From positions 768,001 to 832,000 of the forward strand of contig CAVRCF010000001.1 in the NCBI GenBank assembly GCA_963719505.1: a DNA stretch of 64,000 bases. The letters run 5' to 3'. Source of the DNA: Halobacteriovoraceae bacterium (GTDB lineage: Bacteria > Bdellovibrionota > Bacteriovoracia > Bacteriovoracales > Bacteriovoracaceae). A model generated the notes under the pieces. That model saw nothing but the letters and a program-made list of their open reading frames with translations, ran no database searches and was not told the origin of the DNA. Shown here piece after piece: positions 1 through 10,243 of this stretch. The position numbers were made by a program, and so were the translations under genes. Positions within the stretch are counted from its first letter, which is position 1, and each line of letters begins with the position of its first letter.

Positions 1-2912
1 ATTTCTTTTAAATATAGTTGAGCATCGTTAAAAAGTTTTTTTGCCTCAGAGCCAAGTTTTTCATCTTCGAAAATTTTAGGGTAGGCACCTTTGAGTCGCC
101 ATGCAGAGAAAAAGGGACTCCAGTCTATATACTCAACAAGTGTGTTCATGGACACATCAGTGATCTCTTTTGTTCCGACGAAACTTGGTTTAACTGGAGT
201 GAATTTTTCCCAATCAATTTTTAGTTTATTTCTTCTGGCTTCTGCCATTGAGACAAGCTTAATTTTATCAACTCTTTTAGCGTGACTGTCTCGAAGCTCT
301 TGATAGTGCTCTTTGGTTTCTTTGTGAATCTTATCTCGGTTTGTCATAAGCATCTGGGCCACGGGAACTGACTTTGAGGCATCTGAGACGTGAACAATGG
401 TGTTTTCATAATTGGGATCGATCTTTACTGCCGTGTGAATTCGGCTGGTCGTCGCACCACCAACCATGAGAGGAATATTAAAATCGAGACGCTTCATCTC
501 TTTGGCCACATCCACCATCTCATCTAAACTTGGAGTAATAAGACCTGACAGTCCTATAATATCGACATTTTCTTCTTTAGCGCGTTTAAGGATATCTTGA
601 GCCGGAACCATAACGCCCATGTCAATAACTTCAAAGTTATTACAGGCCAAGACAACACCGACAATATTTTTTCCAATATCGTGAACATCACCTTTGACGG
701 TTGCCATAAGAATCTTGCCGTTTGTTTGGGCTTTTCCACCTTTTTCAGCTTCGATAAAAGGTTGCAAGTGAGCGACGGCTTTTTTCATCACTCTTGCCGA
801 CTTAACAACTTGAGGAAGAAACATTTTTCCATCCCCAAAAAGTTCTCCCACCACATTCATCCCATCCATAAGGGGGCCCTCAATAACTTCAAGGGGGCGA
901 GCGAAAGTGGGTCTGGCTTCTTCAACATCATCCACAATAAAGTCGGCGATCCCTTTAACGAGTGCGTGAGTAATTCTCTCATTGACTGGAAGAGTTCTCC
1001 ACTGATCATCTTTTTTCTTGTCTTTTTTGACACCGACAACGGTACTTGCAAACTCTAAAAGTTCTTCAGTCGCCTCAGGATGTCTATTTAAAACGACGTC
1101 TTCAACTTTGTCTCTTAGCTCTTTTGGTATTTCATCATAGATCTCAAGCATACCTGGATTTACAATTCCCATATCCATTCCCGCTTTAATAGCGTGGTAG
1201 AGAAAAACGGAGTGAATGGCTTCTCGAACGGCATTATTTCCTCTAAAAGCGAATGAGAGATTTGAAACACCTCCACTAACTTTGGCAAAGGGGAGGTTCT
1301 CTTTAATCCATTTGGTAGCATTTATAAAATCAACACCGTAATTATTGTGCTCTTCAATTCCTGTTGCGATCGCTAAAATATTGGGATCAAAAATAATATC
1401 CTCAGCCGGAAAGCCCACTTTTTCAGTTAAGACTTTATAAGCTCTTTGACAAATTTCTATTCTTCTATCAAAAGTGTCAGCTTGTCCTTTTTCATCAAAG
1501 GCCATAACGACTACCGCCGCTCCAAACTTCTTTACCGTATTGGCGTGAGCGATAAATTCCTCTTCTCCCTCTTTTAAAGAGATGGAGTTCACAATAGCTT
1601 TTCCCTGCACACACTTTAGACCCGCTTCAATAATAGACCATTTCGACGAGTCCACCATAACAGGCACTCTGGCAATATCAGGCTCTGCGGCGATAAGGTT
1701 GAGAAACTTCACCATGGCCGCTTTACCATCGATCATCCCATCATCCATATTGACGTCAATGACCTGGGCACCATTTTCAACTTGTTCTCTGGCCACTTCC
1801 ACTGCCGTGGTAAAGTCTTCTTCAGCGATAAGTTTCTTAAAGCGAATGGAGCCAGAAATATTTGTTCTCTCGCCGATATTAATAAAATTACTTTCTTCAA
1901 AAATTGTCAGCGGCTCAAGCCCTGAATAATGGGGAAGCTTTTTAAGTTCAGGGATAGTATGGGCAGAGTAGTTTTTTGCTCTATCGGCAATCTCTCTTAT
2001 GTGTTCATCTGTCGTTCCACAACAGCCACCGACGATATTAATATAGCCCTCTTTGAGAAAGTCTTCGATAATGTCGGCCATCTCAGCCGGAGTTTGATCA
2101 TATTCTCCAAACTCGTTGGGAAGCCCAGCATTTGGATACATAGAGACTTTAAAGGGCGCTTTCTCTGAGAGAGTTTTAATATAAGGGCGCATCAGATCAG
2201 CACCAAGCGCACAGTTTACTCCTATACTCATCAAAGGCAGATGGCTCATGGAATAAAGAAAAGCTTCAATCGTTTGTCCTGACAACGTTCTTCCGGAGGC
2301 ATCAGTAATTGTTCCTGAAACCATAATAGGAAGAGGTTTGGTTTTAGTTTTTTCAAAATAATTACTAATGGCAAACAGTGCGGCTTTGGCGTTAAGAGTA
2401 TCAAAGATAGTCTCAACGAGAAGATAATCGACTCCACCCACCACTAGGGCCTCAATTTGTTCGTAGTAGGCTTCGACAAGTTCATCAAAAGTTATCGCTC
2501 GATATCCTGGATCATTTACATCTGGAGATAAGGATGTGGTCTTTGTCGTGGGTCCAATTGATCCGGCGACAAATCGAGGTTTCTCTTTTGTGGAAAATTT
2601 CTCACAAGCAGCCTTGGCCAATTTTGCTGACTCGAGATTGAGTTCATAACAGAGGTTTTCCATATTGTAGTCGGCCATGGAAACTGAATTGGCCGAAAAA
2701 GTATTTGTCTCAATAATATCTGCGCCAGCATCTAAGTATTTTTCGTGAATTTCGCTTATCACCTCGGGCTTTGTTAGCGTTAAAAGATCGTTATTGCCTT
2801 TAAGCGAACTGGGATAATCTTTAAAGCGCTCACCGCGATAGTCTTCTTCTGATAAATTATACCTTTGAATCATGGTACCCATAGCACCATCGAGAACGAG
2901 TATTTTTTGCAA
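1..2912 (-). CDS. metH: Cobalamin-dependent methionine synthase (runs off window start)
   Basis: Manual minus-strand translation: [16 protein letters not shown]...GNNDLL...GSIGPT...; [15 protein letters not shown] (B12-binding region); [14 protein letters not shown] near position 1. Same frame at 2912 and 563. Start is TTG 2912, or ATG 2931 if there is a 1-nt indel. Confidence 0.95.
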   Translation of the reverse strand, partial: MQKILVLDGAMGTMIQRYNLSEEDYRGERFKDYPSSLKGNNDLLTLTKPEVISEIHEKYLDAGADIIETNTFSANSVSMADYNMENLCYELNLESAKLAKAACEKFSTKEKPRFVAGSIGPTTKTTSLSPDVNDPGYRAITFDELVEAYYEQIEALVVGGVDYLLVETIFDTLNAKAALFAISNYFEKTKTKPLPIMVSGTITDASGRTLSGQTIEAFLYSMSHLPLMSIGVNCALGADLMRPYIKTLSEKAPFKVSMYPNAGLPNEFGEYDQTPAEMADIIEDFLKEGYINIVGGCCGTTDEHIREIADRAKNYSAHTIPELKKLPHYSGLEPLTIFEESNFINIGERTNISGSIRFKKLIAEEDFTTAVEVAREQVENGAQVIDVNMDDGMIDGKAAMVKFLNLIAAEPDIARVPVMVDSSKWSIIEAGLKCVQGKAIVNSISLKEGEEEFIAHANTVKKFGAAVVVMAFDEKGQADTFDRRIEICQRAYKVLTEKVGFPAEDIIFDPNILAIATGIEEHNNYGVDFINATKWIKENLPFAKVSGGVSNLSFAFRGNNAVREAIHSVFLYHAIKAGMDMGIVNPGMLEIYDEIPKELRDKVEDVVLNRHPEATEELLEFASTVVGVKKDKKKDDQWRTLPVNERITHALVKGIADFIVDDVEEARPTFARPLEVIEGPLMDGMNVVGELFGDGKMFLPQVVKSARVMKKAVAHLQPFIEAEKGGKAQTNGKILMATVKGDVHDIGKNIVGVVLACNNFEVIDMGVMVPAQDILKRAKEENVDIIGLSGLITPSLDEMVDVAKEMKRLDFNIPLMVGGATTSRIHTAVKIDPNYENTIVHVSDASKSVPVAQMLMTNRDKIHKETKEHYQELRDSHAKRVDKIKLVSMAEARRNKLKIDWEKFTPVKPSFVGTKEITDVSMNTLVEYIDWSPFFSAWRLKGAYPKIFEDEKLGSEAKKLFNDAQLYLKE

Positions 2913-3025
2913 AATTAAAACCTTTGGTCATTTGAAAAATATTTGATTAGTGTATTATTTATTTAGGGATATTCCAAGGGGAATCAACGCTTTTCTAACG
3001 ATTAAAACAGGGCTAAACTAGATTT

Positions 3026-3911
3026 ATGTTATCAAAACTTGAACCAAAATTTACCTATAAAATCTGGGGTGGAACGAAGCTTTCACAAATTAAAAACCAC
3101 ACTTGTGAGACTCCACTAGGCGAGACCTGGGAGATTTCAACTCATGAAGATGGACCAAGTCTTTTGGGAGGCGTGCCACTAAATAAATTTTGTGACCTCT
3201 CTTATTTAGTCAAGTTTATCGATACATCTGACAATTTATCAGTTCAGGTTCATCCAGGAGATGAGTATGCCAAAGAGCACGAAAACTCTATGGGAAAGAC
3301 AGAGTGTTGGATTATTTTAGAAAGTGCGCCTGGATGTGGAATTTATCTGGGCTTTAAAGAAGGCATCACAAAAAAAGAGTTTAAGACAGCCGTTGATAAT
3401 GGATTGAATGTTCAAGAGTATCTAAATTTTATTCCGACAAGCCCCGGGGACTACTTTTATGTTCCCTACGGAGCCGTGCATGCCATTGGTGTTGGCGTTA
3501 CTCTTTGTGAAGTTCAACAAAACTCAGGAATAACCTACAGAGTGTGGGACTGGAATAGAGTGGATGATAAAGGTGTGGGAAGAGAGCTCCATATAGATAA
3601 AGCCTTGGATGTCTTAAACTTTTCGGCAGACTTTAATCTTAAATTGATACAAATGAAAAATATTTTTAAAGGATCTGGGCTTCAAAAAGTTGTCGACCAC
3701 AAAGACTTTAAAGCGGAGATCCTTCTTTTAGAAGCAGATCAAAAAAAAGAGCTTAACCTTTCAGTAAAGGAAGGGACTTGCCATTTTATCGGGAAGCTTA
3801 GAGATTGATGAAAATCAGTTTCACTCCTTTGATTGTGCCATTACCTTAAAATCGAGTCTTTGTGAGATTAAAGCCAAGACTAAATCAATTGTTTTACTCA
3901 TTAGAGAATAG
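3026..3911 (+). CDS. manA: Type I mannose-6-phosphate isomerase (cupin); probable frameshift near 3775, alternative frame ends at TAG 3911
   Basis: IWGG, LSVQVHP, GKTECW, HAIG, EVQQNS motifs; shifted frame GLAILSGSLEIDENQ...LLIRE* ends just before kdsD. Confidence 0.85.
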
Positions 3912-3918
3912 GAAAGAT

Positions 3919-4857
3919 ATGAATCATATTGAGATTGCCAAAGAAGTTATTGATATTGAAATTGAAGGATTGAAGTTTTTAAGATCAAACCTTGATGACA
4001 ATTTTAAAACGGCCGTTGAAGTTATTTTAAAAACCAAAGGACGAGTGGTTATAACAGGCATGGGTAAGTCGGGACTTGTAGGAAAGAAAATTGCTGCGAC
4101 GATGGCTTCTACTGGAACTCGAGCATTCTATATGCATCCAGGAGAGGCTTATCATGGCGATCTTGGCATGATTAGTCCAAGTGATGTGATTATTGCCATT
4201 TCAAACTCAGGTGAGACCGAAGAGATTATAAAGCTTATAAGCTTTTTTAAAGACAATAAAAATACCATTGTTGCCATGACGGCCAAAGAGAATTCTACAC
4301 TCGCTAAGTTCTCAGATATCTTTTTAAATATCGCCGTTGAAAAGGAAGCTTGCCCTTTAAAACTCGCTCCAACGAGCTCGACCACAGTGACGATGGCTTT
4401 AGGGGATGCATTGGCCGTGAGTTTAATGAAGGCGATAGATTTTAAAGAAGAGAACTTTGCGCGCTTTCATCCCGGTGGAAGTTTGGGCAGAAAGCTTTTA
4501 GTAAAAGCAAAAGATGTGATGAAAACTCAAGACCTTCCGGTCATTTCCTTAAACTCAAACTTTAGTGAAGTCATTGATATGATCTCAAAGGGACGGATGG
4601 GAATTGCCATTGTGACAGAGTCTGAAAAAGTTATTGGTGTTGTCACTGATGGCGATATCAGAAGAATTTTAACCACAGATCCAAAAGTGGCCATCACAAA
4701 ATCGGCAAAAGACTTTTACACAAAAAATCCAAAATCGATCACCAAAGAAATGAAAATAGTCGACGTCGAAAAACTGATGCAAGAAAATAAAATTACATCA
4801 GTTCTCGTTTTAGAAAATGAAAAGCTTGTGGGTCTTATTAATCGCTACGATCTTTAA
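3919..4857 (+). CDS. kdsD: KpsF/GutQ arabinose-5-phosphate isomerase (SIS + CBS)
   Basis: GMGKSG, HPGEAYHGDLG, EACP-LAPTSST, FHPGGSLG; ATG 3919 is the likely start. Confidence 0.93.
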   Translation: MNHIEIAKEVIDIEIEGLKFLRSNLDDNFKTAVEVILKTKGRVVITGMGKSGLVGKKIAATMASTGTRAFYMHPGEAYHGDLGMISPSDVIIAISNSGETEEIIKLISFFKDNKNTIVAMTAKENSTLAKFSDIFLNIAVEKEACPLKLAPTSSTTVTMALGDALAVSLMKAIDFKEENFARFHPGGSLGRKLLVKAKDVMKTQDLPVISLNSNFSEVIDMISKGRMGIAIVTESEKVIGVVTDGDIRRILTTDPKVAITKSAKDFYTKNPKSITKEMKIVDVEKLMQENKITSVLVLENEKLVGLINRYDL

Positions 4858-6465
4858 TAGTGAAAAACTTTTAAGACGTAATTATCATTTTGTGGAATGA
4901 CATCGGCCCAACCGGCAAACCCGTCTATATCATTTCCAAGAACTCGGTACTTAATTGTTTGATCAAACGGAATACTCGTTTGGTAGCCTAATAGACGAGA
5001 GACTAAAAGAGTTACGTTAAGGTGGTTGGGAAGAGGGCCAAACTTATCCAAGAGGGCTTTAAAGTCAGGACTTGTTGAATAACCGAGCACAGGAATATCC
5101 ATAGAAATTTTATGGAGCATTCCGTGACCCCAAATATTATCTTGTCCAAGTCCTTCACCGTGATCAGAAATATAAATAACGGCCGTGTTAGGATACTTTT
5201 CAATCTCAGTTAAAAGTTTTTTAAAGAATGAATCTAAGTGATAAGTACTATTGTCGTAGTGGTTAACGAGGGCAACTTTGCCAATATCTTCAATCTTATT
5301 TTTAAAGACGAGTGAATCTTTTGTGTAGCGAAGATTATAGGGGCTATGAGAACCTCGGTGGTGAAGGACCATAAAGTTTTTCCCCTGAGTCAAATCAACT
5401 TTTCTAATCTGTTCAATAAGATCGTGATCGTTTGCTGCATTCTCATCTTGTGTGTCTTTGGTGATATCGTAGAACGATTTATAGTCGTCAATAAACTCCG
5501 GGCAAAGACTATTGATGATATAGCGAAGTTGCTGAGATGACTGCGCCGAGTAAAAGTAGGTTTTGAAATTATTTTCTTTGGCCATCTTAAAAAGACAACG
5601 ATCAGCTTTTGAAACTCTTGCCCCACCACCAAGGCCAAAAGTATTATTCATAATAAAAGCCAATGAGATATCGGTGGAGACACCAGAAGAGATCCCCCTG
5701 GTAAAATAAAAGCGTTCATCGTCTTTTAGGCTATCAAGAAAAGGAGTTGTCTCTCTTTTGTAGCCATAGAGGCTCATCTGATTAGGAGTTTGGCTCTCTC
5801 CGATAATAAAAATAATATTTCTATCACCAACAGGTTCTTTGTCGAAGGTGATCTTGATATCTTCTTTATCAAAAGAATTCCCCGATAATTTGTTGGGAAG
5901 AATTCGTCCTAAAAAATAGGAGAGACTGAGATAAATATTCATCCCGTCAAACTCTTGATTTGAAGGCTGACGTCACCAGTCGTGTTTCCGACTGTATAGG
6001 TTCTGTCGGATTAAAAATAAAATAAAAAATGAAAAGAAAATGAAAAAACTTTGACGATATTTTAGGTGGATAAGTCTTGTTTACTTTCCAAAGAATCACA
6101 AGATGCAGGAAAGACGAGAAGAAATGGTCTTAAAAAGACGTAGATATCTTCTTTTAGTGTCCCGGTGATCTCAGAGACCTGTGTGAACAAGAAGCTAGAT
6201 CTCAGCTGGAAAAACGGGGAGCCCATAGAATTCCAAGTGAATCATCTGGAAAAGGCTTAGCATAAGGACAAAACCCATGGAGACGAATCTCCAAATAGGT
6301 CTTCGTATAAAACTAAAGACATAAAAAGATAACCGATCAGTCCAACATAATTACTAAATGGAATCTCTAAAGTTAATGAATCGTGAAACCAATAGAAAAA
6401 ACTTGAGCGGCGATCGTAAAGAAACTAAAACAAAGAGTAAGAATAGCGTTATTTAATATTTTCAT
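4854..6465 (-). CDS. Phosphoethanolamine transferase/sulfatase family; N-terminal membrane part frameshifted
   Basis: IIGES, HHRGSH-PY, YDNS, SDHGE and HG motifs in 4854-5942; hydrophobic reading upstream from ATG 6465 (MKILNNAILTLCFSFF) is broken by indels. Confidence 0.75.
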
Positions 6466-6481
6466 CTATAAAAGGTAGCAT

Positions 6482-6515
6482 AAAAAAAAGAAATTGGGAG
6501 GATTTCTCCTCCCAA
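6482..6515 (-). terminator. Intrinsic terminator
   Basis: Minus strand TTGGGAGGA-GAAA-TCCTCCCAA followed by TTTCTTTTTTTT. Confidence 0.8.
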
Positions 6516-6643
6516 GTGTAGGTCTCAACGAATGTTGCTCTCTCATGACAATCTAGCATTCACTAGATTAAGGTGTGGATTGTGACTGTAAACTCTCTCA
6601 AGTTCCACCATCCATAGAGCAAGTGAGATGCCAAACATTTCCC
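6482..6643 (-). ncRNA. Candidate structured small RNA
   Basis: Long fold-back (TCTCA/TGAGA, TTGCTCT/AGAGCAA) enclosing two hairpins (GGTGGA..TCCACACC; AATCTAG..CTAGATT), followed by a terminator. Confidence 0.45.
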
Positions 6644-6644
6644 A

Positions 6645-7523
6645 CTATTTTGTTTTGTTTTCGGAATCCTCGTCAACGTCACTTATAAACTCAGTCACAA
6701 CTTTGCTTAGGACTTTTGGCTTCTCCGTCCAAATAGCGTGGCTTGCGCCTTTGACCTCATAAAAAGAGCAGTTGGGAATAAGGTTTGCGTATTTGATACC
6801 CGTCGTTGGGGTCGCCTCATCAAATTCTCCACAAACAATGAGAACCGGAACTTTTAGCGTCTTGAGTTTTGCAACTTTATTGTATGACTTTAAGCTGCCT
6901 GTAGGTTTAAACTCTGAAGGGCCCCACATCGACATATACACTTCTTCTCCGTGAGGATTTTTTATCTTCATAAAGTCTGCGAGCTTCTTTTTATCTCGAA
7001 GAACATGCTTTTCATAATATTTCATAATCGCGTTTTGATAAACTTTTGAATCTGTCGCATCTATCTCGTGACAATAATTAATAACCTTTTGAATATCTTT
7101 GGGAAGACCTTTGATGAGTTTAATCGCATCCTTTTCCCAGTCTTTTGCACTAAACATGGGTGATTGAAAGATAATTGACTTCACTCCTTTGCCCTTCTTC
7201 GCAAGGTAGTACTCTAGGGCCAAAGTTGTGCCCCACGATCCCCCGGCAAGGTGAAATTCTTTAAGCCCCCAAGCTTTTATCAACAGATCAAGTTCTTCTA
7301 CAAAAGTAGAGATCTTAAATTTATTTCTCTCAAGCTTGCTGCTTTTGCCTCCGCCAATCTGGGTATAGGCATAAACCTTTCTTCCTTTTGCCAAGTCAAA
7401 AATTTTTGACGAAGAGCTATGAGTACCACCCGGACCTCCGTGAAGCCAGATAAGAGGAGTCTTTCCTCCTCTGCCTTTGACAGTGTAGTGGGTCTTTCCA
7501 AGCGTGTGGGCGATGTATGGCAT
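6645..7523 (-). CDS. Proline iminopeptidase-family alpha/beta hydrolase
   Basis: LHGGPG, GGSWG nucleophile, GEFDE, ASH; GAGGAG RBS before ATG 7523. Confidence 0.9.
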   Translation of the reverse strand: MPYIAHTLGKTHYTVKGRGGKTPLIWLHGGPGGTHSSSSKIFDLAKGRKVYAYTQIGGGKSSKLERNKFKISTFVEELDLLIKAWGLKEFHLAGGSWGTTLALEYYLAKKGKGVKSIIFQSPMFSAKDWEKDAIKLIKGLPKDIQKVINYCHEIDATDSKVYQNAIMKYYEKHVLRDKKKLADFMKIKNPHGEEVYMSMWGPSEFKPTGSLKSYNKVAKLKTLKVPVLIVCGEFDEATPTTGIKYANLIPNCSFYEVKGASHAIWTEKPKVLSKVVTEFISDVDEDSENKTK

Positions 7524-7637
7524 CTCTGTGTCTCCTCGTAAAAAGTCAATAATATCGGTGAGTTTCGGTTTTTGCAACGAATTAAATCAAAATATTCGGA
7601 AATCGAAATAAAAAGCATCTAAGAAGCTTCATCTGAT

Positions 7638-7652
7638 TGGCACCCTCATTGC
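7638..7652 (+). promoter_or_regulatory. Sigma54 (RpoN) -24/-12 promoter
   Basis: TGGCAC-CCTCA-TTGC, a consensus match 31 nt before the ATG at 7684. Confidence 0.75.
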
Positions 7653-7683
7653 TAAAGAGAATAAAAAATAAAAAGGAGAAAGA

Positions 7684-9234
7684 ATGAAATTACTATTAGC
7701 AACACTTTTGACGATGACCTTTCTATCGTGTGGAAAGGCAGAAAATGAGTCGGGATCTTATGCAAGTTTTATCAATCAGATGTCAGTTGATACTGACTTT
7801 GATGGGATCTATGATTTTCATGAAAAGAAAATGGGGACAGATCCCCAGGTGGCCGACTTACCCTTTATTGAAGTAAAGAGCCAAAATATAAAACTTAAAG
7901 GTAGGAACTTCACACTGGAATATGAAAAAGAAGAGACATCAACTTTTGTTTTAGATAATAAAATTAAGAGACAAGTGCGGCTTTTTTTAAAAGAGAGAAA
8001 TTATCACTTAGAAGAAGAGGTCTTTTCTGAAAAAGAAAAACGCAGATTTTGCCTCTCAGATGACGTGTACTTTGAGGCTCTTGCAAAGAAACTCTATCCT
8101 GAAAAACTAAGCTTCGAGTACTCTGTTATCCCAGATCAAAACAAGCTTTCAGACTCAATAACGAACTTAAAAGTGAATTTACTTCAAGATGAGTCGACCT
8201 TACAGGTGAACTCTCAGATTTTTTTTGCCAATATAGATTTTAATAGAGCTATTGAGAGATGCCTGAGTTTTGATCTTATAGACTTTAATTATACTATCGC
8301 TGGTCGGGAGCTTGAATTTTCAGATGTCGCTTCTGACACTGGAAAAAATTTGTCTCATATTATCATAAAAAATGAAGACGTCTTGAAAGATTATAGAGTG
8401 AACCCAAAGGGAAACTTTCTCGATCAACTGAGAAAACAAAATATTGACTTTAAAATAAGTCCAAGTGGTGAAATTATTCACATCGACCAAAAAAGAAGCT
8501 CATTTGCTCTAAGAGAGAGCTTCTCTTATTATAGATCTCTAAAACCAGATCAAAAAAGATGGTTCTTTATTTCAAGTGACTCAGGTGTCATCACAGATCA
8601 ACTAAACCCTGGGCAGACTTATATACTGGCCCTTGTCTCAATAAAAGAGATTTTAAAGAGTGAAAAGCTCTATGAAACTCAAGCGATAGAGCAAAATTCA
8701 AATATCATTTCTCTCAAGGGGTTTAGTAGTGGGGATGAAATTTATTTAAACCTTGATGCGCAGATAGACCTTATCAGTAAACAAAATATTAATATTAGAA
8801 AAGCGGGTTATAATCATTTGGTTGAACAGTTTGGTATAGCGACTCCTAGGAGTGTCGCCACTGGCTGCTCCCATGTGGAGACGAACTTAAATGATGGTGC
8901 AAGAAGATATGAGCTTTTAAAAAATCTAAGACTCTTTGCTCAGTTTTCAAGCGGTGAAAGCCGTGAGTTAAAAAATGTGAATGGGAAATTAGTTTTAAAG
9001 TACACTCTTAAAAAAGAAGATTTCATCTCGGGAGTCGCATCAATTCAAGTTGGGCCAATAAACAAAAGTGCCTTTACCTACACGCGCCAAACAATTATTA
9101 AAGATGTTGGAAAACTGAGTAAAAGAGAGTTTTATCGTTGTGCACGAAAAGATATTACCCACCAAGTTTCTAACACGACAGAAATATTTAGTTTCGATTA
9201 TAAAATCTCAGGAGGGGCAGCGCGTCGTTATTAA
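7684..9234 (+). CDS. Lipoprotein with Ca-binding DxDxDG motif; remote resemblance to binary toxin B/anthrax PA
   Basis: Lipobox FLSC; DTDFDGIYDFHE..GTDPQVADLP; AAGGAG RBS. Confidence 0.7.
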   Translation: MKLLLATLLTMTFLSCGKAENESGSYASFINQMSVDTDFDGIYDFHEKKMGTDPQVADLPFIEVKSQNIKLKGRNFTLEYEKEETSTFVLDNKIKRQVRLFLKERNYHLEEEVFSEKEKRRFCLSDDVYFEALAKKLYPEKLSFEYSVIPDQNKLSDSITNLKVNLLQDESTLQVNSQIFFANIDFNRAIERCLSFDLIDFNYTIAGRELEFSDVASDTGKNLSHIIIKNEDVLKDYRVNPKGNFLDQLRKQNIDFKISPSGEIIHIDQKRSSFALRESFSYYRSLKPDQKRWFFISSDSGVITDQLNPGQTYILALVSIKEILKSEKLYETQAIEQNSNIISLKGFSSGDEIYLNLDAQIDLISKQNINIRKAGYNHLVEQFGIATPRSVATGCSHVETNLNDGARRYELLKNLRLFAQFSSGESRELKNVNGKLVLKYTLKKEDFISGVASIQVGPINKSAFTYTRQTIIKDVGKLSKREFYRCARKDITHQVSNTTEIFSFDYKISGGAARRY

Positions 9235-9274
9235 AAATCTTCATTCATAGAGAGACTTATGCTAAATTCTCTCT

Positions 9275-10243
9275 ATGAATATTTTACTTACAGGAGTGGC
9301 AGGCTTCGTTGGTCATAAAACTGCACAATTATTACTTGAAGACGGTCACCAGGTTGTGGGTGTGGATAATCTCAATGATTATTATGATGTCGAGCTTAAA
9401 AAATTTCGTCTCGCTCAAATCAATTCTGAAAACTTTACTTTTGCTCAAGTGGATATAGAAAATCTAAAAGATCTAGAAAATATTTTCTCTCATCATAAAA
9501 TCGATAAAGTCATCAATCTCGCAGCTCGTGCGGGTGTGAGGTATTCTATGGAAAATCCTCATGTCTATCTTTCAACAAACGCTCAAGGAACACTCAATAT
9601 TCTTGAATGCATGAAAAAGTTTGGACAGAAAAAATTAGTTTTGGCTTCGACAAGTTCTTTATATGCAGGCCAAGAAATGCCATTTTTAGAATCTCTTCCC
9701 GTTAATGAACCCATCTCTCCATACGCGGCATCAAAAAAAGCTGCAGAGACGATGGCCTATACTTATCATCATCTGTATGGAATTGATGTTAGTGTTGTCC
9801 GTTATTTTACAGTGTATGGACCGGCCAGTCGACCAGATATGGCTCAGTTTCGCTTTATGCGCTGGATAGAAGAGGGCGCTGAAATTGAACTTTTTGGTGA
9901 CGGAAAACAAGCAAGAGACTTCACCTTTGTGGATGATATTGCTAGGGGAACTATTCTTGCTCTTAAGGATGTGGGCTTTGAAATTATTAATCTGGGCGGA
10001 GGGAATAATCCCATCGAAGTCAATACGATGATAAGTGAACTCGAGAGACTCTTGGATAAAAAAGCAAAAATAAAAAATCTTCCCTTTCATAAAGCAGATA
10101 TGATGGTGACATGGGCTAATATCGATAAGGCAAAAAAGATTCTTGGATGGGAGCCTCAAATTAATTTTACTAAAGGTTTAGAACTTTGTGTCGCTGACTT
10201 TAAAAATCATTACGATTTTTTAAAGGGAATAAAGTTATCATGA
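9275..10243 (+). CDS. NAD-dependent nucleotide-sugar epimerase (UDP-glucuronate 4-epimerase-like)
   Basis: GVAGFVG, NLAARAGVRYS, YAASK, FTVYGP-RPDMA. Confidence 0.9.
   Translation: MNILLTGVAGFVGHKTAQLLLEDGHQVVGVDNLNDYYDVELKKFRLAQINSENFTFAQVDIENLKDLENIFSHHKIDKVINLAARAGVRYSMENPHVYLSTNAQGTLNILECMKKFGQKKLVLASTSSLYAGQEMPFLESLPVNEPISPYAASKKAAETMAYTYHHLYGIDVSVVRYFTVYGPASRPDMAQFRFMRWIEEGAEIELFGDGKQARDFTFVDDIARGTILALKDVGFEIINLGGGNNPIEVNTMISELERLLDKKAKIKNLPFHKADMMVTWANIDKAKKILGWEPQINFTKGLELCVADFKNHYDFLKGIKLS

Noticed and set aside
18-2731. Short ORFs on both strands in the ORF track
   Set aside because: Shadows or alternative frames of metH
2913-3025. Cobalamin or SAM riboswitch upstream of metH
   Set aside because: Short AT-rich divergent gap with no recognisable aptamer
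6482-6643. Retron msr-msd interpretation of the structured RNA
   Set aside because: No reverse transcriptase nearby
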